The position numbers were made by a program, and so were the translations under genes. Under the pieces are notes generated by a model, which saw only the letters and a program-made list of their open reading frames with translations, was not told where the DNA came from and did no database searches. Below, one piece after another: positions 1 through 6,809 of a DNA stretch of 32,000 nucleotides. Positions within the stretch are counted from its first letter, which is position 1. Each line of letters starts with the position of its first letter. This stretch comes from Aulosira sp. ZfuVER01 (GTDB lineage: Bacteria; Cyanobacteriota; Cyanobacteriia; Cyanobacteriales; Nostocaceae), in assembly GCA_034530615.2 (NCBI GenBank), contig JAVRCV020000052.1, positions 122,559 through 154,558 of the forward strand, written 5' to 3'.

Positions 1-478
1 CAAATTTCAAACAGCGATCGTTATCACCATGTTCATTTTCGCCATCAGTTAACAAAAAAACTTGAGAAACAGTGTCTTTTTTCCCCTTTGCTAACTCCTC
101 AATGCCCAAACGCAAACCTTCATCAATTGCCGTCCCACCATCAGCACTCAAGCGGTTAATTTGCTTTTTGATGTGTTCTCGGTCTTCAATAACTTGATTG
201 GGTACTAAGACTTTGGCCCGGTGATCGAAAACCACAACAGTCAGACGATCCCCTGGATTGAGTCTATCAACCAAACGATTTGCCGCTTGCTTGACAGTTT
301 CTAGAGGTCGCCCATTCATCGAACCACTATGATCGAGAATTAAACATAAATTAAGTGGGACATTGCGATCCAAAATTTCCCCGATCGCAGAAATCGAAAG
401 CGATAACTGACGCTGGCTGTTCGGTTGATTAGCATCTAAATTACTATCATTCAGGACGGGCTGTAAGTTAACTTTCAT
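1..478 (-). CDS. von Willebrand factor type A (vWA) domain protein, N-terminal part only (the rest lies outside the window)
   Basis: Absent from the ORF track because it runs off the window edge. My minus-strand translation from the ATG (rc of 476-478) reads MKVNLQPVLNDSNLDANQPNSQRQLSLSISAIGEILDRNVPLNLCLILDHSGSMNGRPLETVKQAANRLVDRLNPGDRLT... DHSGSM is a DxSxS MIDAS motif placed after a hydrophobic strand, as in vWA domains. Confidence 0.75.
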   Translation of the reverse strand, partial: MKVNLQPVLNDSNLDANQPNSQRQLSLSISAIGEILDRNVPLNLCLILDHSGSMNGRPLETVKQAANRLVDRLNPGDRLTVVVFDHRAKVLVPNQVIEDREHIKKQINRLSADGGTAIDEGLRLGIEELAKGKKDTVSQVFLLTDGENEHGDNDRCLKF

Positions 479-608
479 AACGCAAAATTCCTAGTAAGGA
501 TATACATTTTTATAAATAACTTCAAAGCTTAACATTAGCGCTACGGAAAACAGATACATTTAACTATCTGTCAAAAGTCTAGATTCCAAAGTCCAGAATA
601 ATTAATCT

Positions 609-636
609 TGACCACTGACCATTGACCACTGACTCT
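609..636. repeat. STRR-type heptamer tandem repeat (TGACCAC/TGACCAT, 4 units)
   Basis: Direct reading gives tgaccac tgaccat tgaccac tgactct. It resembles the complement of the TTGGTCA-type short tandemly repeated repetitive sequences known from heterocystous cyanobacteria. Confidence 0.7.
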
Positions 637-816
637 TAACGAAAAAATATGCAACTTAAAATCGCAGTAGCTTATATTCAAGAATATCTTAGAAGCTAAG
701 GATTGGCAGATGTTCAGCCCCCTGAACCATTAGCCAGAAATCCACACCTTGAAGATAGCTAGCATCGCGCTAGTATGTATTACAGTTAACGGCATAATTT
801 CAGGCGATCAGTTGCT

Positions 817-1479
817 ATGGACATTTCCCCCATCAAGGCTGTTCAAGCCCCCTATTACGGCGATAATTCTTACCGGACGCCGCCGCCAGATTTACCTTCC
901 CTATTGTTGAAGGAGCGAATTGTCTATCTTGGGATGCCCCTGGTACCTGCTGTCACAGAATTGATCGTCGCGCAACTACTCTATTTGCAGTCCGACGACC
1001 CCGAGAAGCCTATTAAAATTTATATCAACTCAACCGGCACATCCGGTTATAGTGGCGAGCCGATTGGCTTTGAAACCGAAGCCTTCGCCATCTATGACAC
1101 CATGAAGTACATCAAGCCACCCATCCACACTATCTGCATCGGTTCAGCAATGGGTATGGCAGCGATGCTACTCGGTGCCGGTACTAAAGGTTGCCGCGCT
1201 AGTTTACCCAACGCCAATATTATCCTGCACCAGCCCAAGAGCTACGCCCAAGGTCAAGCAACGGATATCCAAATTCGGGCGAAGGAAGTTCTGGCAAATA
1301 AGGCATCAATGGTTGATATCATATCTCGCACCACTGGGCAAACCCCAGAAAAAATTACCAAAGATATGGATCGCCTCTTCTACATGACTCCCTATCAAGC
1401 TAAGGAATACGGTTTGATCGATCGAGTTTTTGAAAAAGAAGAACTTGCCAATCCACCTCTGCCTGCGAGCATTCTTTAA
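817..1479 (+). CDS. clpR: ClpR, a non-catalytic ClpP paralogue
   Basis: ClpP fold throughout. Aligned by eye to the downstream ClpP, the nucleophile Ser is Gly (GSAMGMAAMLL versus [11 protein letters not shown]) and the triad Asp is Leu (DMDRLFY versus DMDRDFF). The His is kept (IILHQP). The clpR-then-clpP3 order matches Synechocystis slr0164/slr0165. Confidence 0.9.
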   Translation: MDISPIKAVQAPYYGDNSYRTPPPDLPSLLLKERIVYLGMPLVPAVTELIVAQLLYLQSDDPEKPIKIYINSTGTSGYSGEPIGFETEAFAIYDTMKYIKPPIHTICIGSAMGMAAMLLGAGTKGCRASLPNANIILHQPKSYAQGQATDIQIRAKEVLANKASMVDIISRTTGQTPEKITKDMDRLFYMTPYQAKEYGLIDRVFEKEELANPPLPASIL

Positions 1480-1480
1480 T

Positions 1481-1541
1481 GAGTCAAGAGTCAAAAGTCA
1501 AAGGTCAATATCATTTTGACTGTGGATTGTGGACTTTGGAC
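1481..1541. repeat. Heptamer repeats forming an imperfect inverted repeat in the clpR-clpP spacer
   Basis: The left side reads gagtcaa gagtcaa aagtcaa aggtcaa and the right side reads ttttgac tgtggat tgtggac tttggac. The two halves are partly complementary. A GTCAAAAGTCAAAAG run of the same type recurs near 31020. Confidence 0.65.
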
Positions 1542-1572
1542 TAAGTAATAAATTACAAATGGAGTAGCAAAA

Positions 1573-2166
1573 ATGCCTATAGGTGTTCCTAAAGTTCCTT
1601 ACCGGATGCCCGGCGGGCAGTTTACAGATTGGATTAGCATCTACGATCGCCTTTACCGAGAAAGAATTATTTTTTTGGGGCGAGACATTGATGACGAAAT
1701 TGCCAACCAAATTATCGCGGTTATGTTATACCTGGACTCGGAAGATCCAGGTAAGGACATTTATTTGTACATCAATTCCCCCGGTGGTATGGTTACTTCC
1801 GGCTTGGCAATTTATGACACCATGCAACACATCAAATCAGATGTGGTAACAATTTGCGTGGGTTTAGCCGCCTCAATGGGGTCTTTCCTCTTGGCTGCTG
1901 GCACCAAAGGCAAACGCATGGCATTGCCTCACTCACGGATTATGATTCACCAACCTTCTGGTGGAACCCGTGGACAAGCAACGGATATCGAAATTGAAGC
2001 TAGAGAGATTCTGCGGATTCGTAACCAGCTCAATCAGATTTATGTCAATAACACTGGTCAGACTTTGGCCAAAATTGAAAAAGACATGGATCGTGACTTT
2101 TTCATGTCTGCTCAAGAAGCTAAAGAATACGGTTTGATTGACCGTGTGATTGAAGAACGTCCTTAG
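1573..2166 (+). CDS. clpP: ATP-dependent Clp protease proteolytic subunit (ClpP3-type partner of ClpR)
   Basis: Complete Ser-His-Asp context: [24 protein letters not shown] and [20 protein letters not shown]. It lies 93 bp downstream of clpR on the same strand. Confidence 0.95.
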   Translation: MPIGVPKVPYRMPGGQFTDWISIYDRLYRERIIFLGRDIDDEIANQIIAVMLYLDSEDPGKDIYLYINSPGGMVTSGLAIYDTMQHIKSDVVTICVGLAASMGSFLLAAGTKGKRMALPHSRIMIHQPSGGTRGQATDIEIEAREILRIRNQLNQIYVNNTGQTLAKIEKDMDRDFFMSAQEAKEYGLIDRVIEERP

Positions 2167-2169
2167 TAG

Positions 2170-2335
2170 GTAGCACAGGGGCAGGGAGCAGGGGGGACAA
2201 GGAAGACAAGGAGGACAAGAAATTTTAGGTTTTGGATTTTAGATTGAAAACTAATCCAAAATCGTAAATCCAAAATCCAAAATTGTTTCCAATGCCCCAT
2301 GCCCAATGCCCAATGCCCCATGCCCCACACCTAAA
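2170..2335. repeat. Compound repeat with a G/A-rich arm, a central hairpin and a CCCCATG/CCCAATG heptamer arm; likely terminator region
   Basis: The left arm is ggggcagggagcaggggggacaaggaagacaaggaggacaag. The central inverted repeat pairs ggttttggattttagatt with aatccaaaatcgtaaatccaaaatcc. The right arm is ccaatgccccatgcccaatgcccaatgccccatgcccc. Confidence 0.7.
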
Positions 2336-2445
2336 ATAAATTGTCAATCGTGAACTTTCAATTAGAATATAAATCTTTATTATTAATAACTTCAGACTTT
2401 AAGCGGAAAGCTTGAAGCTGAATATTCGATAGCTGATAGCTCAAG

Positions 2446-3075
2446 ATGGATCTTGGAGATTGCTACCGTGTATTGGGTTTAAGATCGGGGGCCTCTTTTG
2501 CCGACATCAAAGCGTCTTACAGACGATTGGCGCAGCAATATCATCCCGACATCAACCCTGATGACAACAAAGCTAAAGACAAATTTATTGCATTGACAGA
2601 GGCTTACAAACTCCTGCTGACGGTAGTCATACCAACAGATACTGTTGGCACTGCGAGTCAATCGCAGGTGTCTGCGCGTGAGGGAAAAAACGCAACAGCA
2701 ACACCGCAGGAGAAAGCACCAGCAGCTTCGGTGAAAACCCAACAAGTGACAACACCAAAGCCACCAAGTGTTACAGCCATAGAAGAGCGGCTCAAGTGGA
2801 AGACTTACGAGCAGTTGCAGCGATTTTTAAAAGAAAAACGATATCCGCAAGCGATCGCACTTGTCGAAGCGTTGGCAGATCGCTTACCAGAAGACACAGA
2901 AGTTCGTCAGTGGCAAGCTATTGCTTATCAAGTTTGGGGACGGGTGCTAATCGAGCAACATCAGGTGCTAAAAGCCAGAATTTATCTCAAAAAAGCCCTC
3001 AAAACTGACCCCAACAATAAAGCTTTGTGTAATGAGGTGCAGCGAGATTTCCAGCGTTTGGATCAGATTTTTTAA
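2446..3075 (+). CDS. J-domain (DnaJ-like) protein with a TPR-like C-terminal region
   Basis: The N-terminus DCYRVLGLRSGASFADIKASYRRLAQQYHPDINPDD carries the HPD tripeptide. A low-complexity T/P/Q linker follows, then helical repeats (YPQAIALVEALA..., LKARIYLKKALKTDPNN). Confidence 0.85.
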   Translation: MDLGDCYRVLGLRSGASFADIKASYRRLAQQYHPDINPDDNKAKDKFIALTEAYKLLLTVVIPTDTVGTASQSQVSAREGKNATATPQEKAPAASVKTQQVTTPKPPSVTAIEERLKWKTYEQLQRFLKEKRYPQAIALVEALADRLPEDTEVRQWQAIAYQVWGRVLIEQHQVLKARIYLKKALKTDPNNKALCNEVQRDFQRLDQIF

Positions 3076-3079
3076 CGAT

Positions 3080-3227
3080 CATTTTTTATTGGGCATGGGG
3101 CAAACAAGGAGTGTGGGAAGTGTGGGAGGATGGGGAAGATAGGGAAAGCTAATAAAGTGTGTTTATTTTCTCCCCTCTCTCCCCTCTCTACCCAAACTCC
3201 CCCATCTCCCCTGCACCCCTACCTCCC
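3080..3227. repeat. Purine-rich arm / pyrimidine-rich arm element between convergent genes
   Basis: The left arm is gggcatggggcaaacaaggagtgtgggaagtgtgggaggatggggaagatagggaaag. The right arm is ctcccctctctcccctctctacccaaactcccccatctcccctgcacccctacctcccc. The architecture matches 2170-2335 and the insertion inside queA. Confidence 0.65.
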
Positions 3228-4583
3228 CTATCTTTGGGCGTGTATATAGTCCACAAAGTAAAATTTAGGACGAAGCCAGAATTTTAACCAAGTGTAAACT
3301 CCTAAACTAATTAGGGCTGTAATCATTAAGGGTAAGCCTAGCTTGACTCGCAGCGCATCAGGGAGAAGGGCAACTACTGAGAGTGTAATAATAAAGTACG
3401 CTACAAGTATTACCTGCGATCGCTCTATATTTTTCAGGGCCTGACGACAGCTACTACAATGCTGAGTATGTTGTTTGTAGCGATCTAGCATCACCGAGCG
3501 ATCTTCGTTGATTGTTGGGCTTTCTGGAACTTTAATACCCACTTCGCTCCAAGGTAGTTGTCCGTGACAATACTTATCAAACCAATTCCGAAATTCAATG
3601 ACTAAGCGATCTGCGCTTGTAGGTAGTTTGTAAGCAGTTTTCCAACTTTCAACTGATGTTTTTTGTTGAAGAAAGTACTCTTGTTGTTGCAAAAGTATCA
3701 TATCTCCATCAAGAACCGAATTTCGAGTTTTGATATGAGTCCACCAGCGAGGTATTAAACGATGAAGTGTTGTGGCAAAATTACGACTAAATTGCGCTAC
3801 AATCCTTGATTTACCTGGAGACACGGGAATGCAATAGGTAACGAGTCCCATCTGCTTGTCAGAGTTAGGAATACCAATCGCATACTCCAAGTGGCAAGGT
3901 GGTTCAAAAGTAATTTTTGTTTTATAGAATACTTCACTATTTACTTCAATCAAATTTGGTGTTGATTGCAAAACTTTCAGAGGGATGGGTCTTGCTTGTT
4001 CGCGATCGCCTTGAAATCCATGATGGGCAAAAGGAACATGGCTAGGATCTGCAATATTTTCTACAAGGGTTTGCCAATCGTATTCTAAATCACGTACATA
4101 AGAATCCCAAACAAAACCTTTGCTAGCATCTACTAAAGGTGATAAAGGTAACGGTGTAGCATCAGCATTGGCAGTTGATTTCGCATCTGGCCAGACCCAA
4201 AGTAAATCATTTTGTTGGCGTACAGGCAGCGAAACTACGCAGAAATTTTGTTGATTTTTAGTAACAATTTGTGGATCTTCAGCTTGGGGAATATGGGTAC
4301 AAATTCCTTGCGCATCAAATTGCCAGCCGTGATAGCTACACATTAAATTGCCTGTTTTCTCGTCAACCCTTCCTTCACTCAAGGGAGCTAGGCGATGAGG
4401 ACATTGATCTAAAAATACTCGGTAAGTTTCAGATGATTGGGGCTTCCATACGACTAAACGAAGTCCCAAAAGAGTTACTGATGTTGGTTGCTTGGGGTCG
4501 ATATCTTCAATTGGCAACAGAGGATACCAGTGCTGAAAAAAGTTGAATTCGGATTGCATTTTACTTTGTTTACCTTTAATCAT
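3228..4583 (-). CDS. Rieske [2Fe-2S] non-haem iron oxygenase of the PAO/Tic55/Ptc52 family
   Basis: Rieske motif CPHRLAPLSEGR...CSYHGWQF. Mononuclear iron motif ENIADPSHVPFAHHG. C-terminal CxxC (HCSSCRQAL) followed by two hydrophobic helices, as in the pheophorbide a oxygenase family. Confidence 0.85.
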   Translation of the reverse strand: MIKGKQSKMQSEFNFFQHWYPLLPIEDIDPKQPTSVTLLGLRLVVWKPQSSETYRVFLDQCPHRLAPLSEGRVDEKTGNLMCSYHGWQFDAQGICTHIPQAEDPQIVTKNQQNFCVVSLPVRQQNDLLWVWPDAKSTANADATPLPLSPLVDASKGFVWDSYVRDLEYDWQTLVENIADPSHVPFAHHGFQGDREQARPIPLKVLQSTPNLIEVNSEVFYKTKITFEPPCHLEYAIGIPNSDKQMGLVTYCIPVSPGKSRIVAQFSRNFATTLHRLIPRWWTHIKTRNSVLDGDMILLQQQEYFLQQKTSVESWKTAYKLPTSADRLVIEFRNWFDKYCHGQLPWSEVGIKVPESPTINEDRSVMLDRYKQHTQHCSSCRQALKNIERSQVILVAYFIITLSVVALLPDALRVKLGLPLMITALISLGVYTWLKFWLRPKFYFVDYIHAQR

Positions 4584-5016
4584 TTAATGAATTAGATTTG
4601 AGAACCAACAAATCTAAAACATCATTTAATGGCAGATTTAATCACTATTTATCATATTGACGAACTAAAACTGATGTTACATCTATGATTGCACAGGCCT
4701 TATTTCAGGTTACTATCCTATTTATAGACTTTTCTTTGCTGTAAGGCTTAATTATTGTATATAATAAAAAATCTCTATAAATTACACTTTTAATTATTTT
4801 ACTGAGGCAATCGTTAATTATTCTGAAAAATGAGTAAATAAAAAAGTGTGACTTGACGATATAAAAAGTAGTATTATAAGCGCTAGAAAATTTTGTGTTT
4901 CAAAATTAAGTCTAAAGCATAATAATATTACCTTGTGTAGGTGAAACCCTACTAGAGAGAGTAAAATCTGAAAACTAGAAATCCTCGGATTTATGGCTGG
5001 GGAATACTAAAAGTTT

Positions 5017-5277
5017 ATGTCTAATTCTGTAATTACTATAACAGTCAAGTTATTTGCTGCTTATCAAGAAGCTTATAAAGCATCAGAATTGGTGTTAGAA
5101 TTTCCCGATGGTACACCGGTGAGAGCAGTATGCGATCGCTTGATTGCGGAACATCCAGAACTGCGCCAATTGCGAGATATTACCCGCTTTGGGATTAACT
5201 TAATATTTGTCGAACCGGATACACCCTTGCAAAATGGGGATGAAGTGGTGTTAATTCCCCCTGTCAGTGGTGGTTAA
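5017..5277 (+). CDS. moaD: MoaD/ThiS-family sulfur carrier (molybdopterin synthase small subunit-like)
   Basis: 86 aa with a beta-grasp-like pattern. The C-terminus is ...GDEVVLIPPVSGG, ending in the diagnostic Gly-Gly. Confidence 0.8.
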   Translation: MSNSVITITVKLFAAYQEAYKASELVLEFPDGTPVRAVCDRLIAEHPELRQLRDITRFGINLIFVEPDTPLQNGDEVVLIPPVSGG

Positions 5278-5307
5278 CATAAATAGGCTCGCTAATCATG
5301 AAATCTG

Positions 5308-5724
5308 ATGACTAAACCAATAGTTTGGGTACATGGAGACTGTCTAAGTCCCCACAATCCTGCACTCCAACAATATCCTAACGTTCCAGCCATCTGGGTT
5401 TGGGACGATGCGTTGATAGAAGAATGGCAACTGAGTCTCAAACGCATTACCTTTATCTACGAATGCTTGCTAGAGTTACCTGTGGAAATTCGGCGTGGTA
5501 ATGTAGCCCAGGAAATTGTCGCCTTTGCTCAAGAGCATGATGCCGATTTAGTTGTTACCACAGCAAGTCCTAGCCCGCGCTTTGCGAATATCTGCAAGGA
5601 AGTTGAATCTGCTTTAGCTATGGAAGTGCTAGAGGTGGAACCGTTTTTTGATTACGACGGCTATATCGATCTGAAGCGGTTCTCTCGCTATTGGAAAGTT
5701 GCCGAGAAGTATGTTTTAGAATAA
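5308..5724 (+). CDS. Small protein resembling the N-terminal alpha/beta domain of photolyase/cryptochrome; function unknown
   Basis: The pattern IVWVHGDCLSPHNPAL...AIWVWDD...RITFIYECLLEL...IRRG...EIVAFAQEHDADLVVT recalls the W-x-R-x-DLR-x-DN-x-AL ... FI-x-D ... L-x-sL-x-L ... G layout of photolyase N-terminal domains. No FAD-binding helical domain follows. The assignment rests on recall only. Confidence 0.4.
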   Translation: MTKPIVWVHGDCLSPHNPALQQYPNVPAIWVWDDALIEEWQLSLKRITFIYECLLELPVEIRRGNVAQEIVAFAQEHDADLVVTTASPSPRFANICKEVESALAMEVLEVEPFFDYDGYIDLKRFSRYWKVAEKYVLE

Positions 5725-5841
5725 GCAGCGATTTCTTTGTGAGGCTGCGCCAAATAGCCTTGACTTCTTTCTCATTTCTTTCTTTGTGTCCTACCCTTCG
5801 GGAAGCCACTTCGTGTCTATGCGTTCTTTGCGGTTCGTTCC

Positions 5842-6174
5842 TCAATCCAACCTACTCATCTGCTCATTAATGGAGTTCAAAGGCTCATTAACGGAGTAAA
5901 AAGCCTCATTAACGGAGCAAAAAGCCTCGTTCACGGAGCTAAAAGCCTCATTAACGGAGCTAAAAGCCTCATTCACGGAGTAAAAAGCCTCGTTCACGGA
6001 GTAAAAAGCCTCATTAATGGAGCTAAAAGCTTCATTAACGGAGTAAAAAGCCTCATTAACGGAGCTAAAAGCCTCGTTCACGGAGTAAAAAGCCTCATTA
6101 ATGGAGCTAAAAGCCTCGTTCACGGAGTAAAAAGCCTCATTAATGGAGCTAAAAGCCTCATTAACGAATATCAA
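5842..6174 (-). CDS. Possible heptad-repeat protein (NEAF[S/Y/C]S[V/I])n encoded by the 21-bp repeat; coding status uncertain
   Basis: The minus-strand frame is open across the whole array. The position 4 and 7 polymorphisms are synonymous in this frame (AAT/AAC, GTT/GTG). Against coding, the only start after the upstream in-frame TAG (6223-6225) is a TTG at 6172-6174, and there is no ATG. Confidence 0.3.
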   Translation of the reverse strand: MIFVNEAFSSINEAFYSVNEAFSSINEAFYSVNEAFSSVNEAFYSVNEAFSSINEAFYSVNEAFYSVNEAFSSVNEAFSSVNEAFCSVNEAFYSVNEPLNSINEQMSRLD

Positions 6175-6177
6175 AAG
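5863..6177. repeat. Tandem repeat of 15 units of 21 bp (consensus CTCATTAACGGAGTAAAAAGC)
   Basis: I read unit boundaries at 5863, 5884, 5905 ... 6157. Variation is restricted to unit positions 4 (A/G), 7 (A/C), 9 (C/T) and 14-15 (TA/CT/CA). Confidence 0.95.
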
Positions 6178-6353
6178 CTCAACCGCATAACATCTTGTGA
6201 AAAAACTATTCTCAGACTCCGGCTAAGAGCAAGAAATATCGTGGCTAGGGACAGAAAATTGTTGTGCTACTAAGTTTGTATCATTATCTCCCTAAGTTTA
6301 CTGAAAAAATTCCTTATAATCGTTTGTAATGGTCTAATATCGTACTCAACCAC

Positions 6354-6809
6354 ATGGAACCAATAACCATCGGTGCGATCGCTCTTTTAACTTTAATCGG
6401 CAATAAGGTCATCGATTGGTCAACAGAAAAGGCTTTGGATGCTGGTTTAGACAAAGCCAAGCAAGTTCTTAAAGCTAAATCACCTGAAACAGCCGCCGCT
6501 TTAGAAACCGCAGCCGCACAAGCAGCCTTACCACCAGGAGAACGAGAATATATTGGTGAAGCTGTGTTGGTAGAAGAGGTAAAAAAAGCAGCAGAAGCAG
6601 ACTCGGAAATTAAGGAAGCTGTCGAAGCATTAGGAAATCAAGCCAGTACTGCTGCACAAGCTAACCCAGAACTGGCAAAGGCTATTGCAGAGTTAACCGC
6701 TGCTATTAAAGCGCAAAGTCCGACAACGGTAGAAAACTGGCAAGGTATAAATATCAAAGGTGGCGAGAATAGTATCAGTAATCCCACATTCAACTTTGGC
6801 AGCAAATGA
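6354..6809 (+). CDS. Small helical protein with an N-terminal hydrophobic helix and a C-terminal G/N/Q-rich motif shared with the adjacent NLR (Bell/HeLo-like executioner candidate)
   Basis: The N-terminus is MEPITIGAIALLTLIGNKVIDW, followed by an A/E/K-rich helical body. The C-terminus is ENWQGINIKGGENSISNPTFNFGSK. The TGA stop overlaps the ATG of the next ORF (ATGA at 6806-6809). Confidence 0.8.
   Translation: MEPITIGAIALLTLIGNKVIDWSTEKALDAGLDKAKQVLKAKSPETAAALETAAAQAALPPGEREYIGEAVLVEEVKKAAEADSEIKEAVEALGNQASTAAQANPELAKAIAELTAAIKAQSPTTVENWQGINIKGGENSISNPTFNFGSK

Noticed and set aside
4900-5016. A possible molybdenum-cofactor riboswitch in the long leader upstream of moaD
   Set aside because: I could find only a small hairpin (aaatcc-tc-ggattt) and none of the conserved Moco-motif stems or loops that I remember. 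An Rfam covariance scan would be needed, and there is no support from reading alone.
5618-5845. A minus-strand 75-aa ORF (MRNEPQRTHRHEVASRRVGHKERNEKE...)
   Set aside because: It overlaps the 3' end of the better-supported plus-strand gene 5308-5724. It is highly basic and low-complexity. The region looks like non-coding repeat-type sequence rather than a gene.
5863-6177. The 21-bp tandem array as a CRISPR array
   Set aside because: The units are directly abutting with no spacers. They are only 21 bp long, not palindromic, and there are no cas genes in the window.
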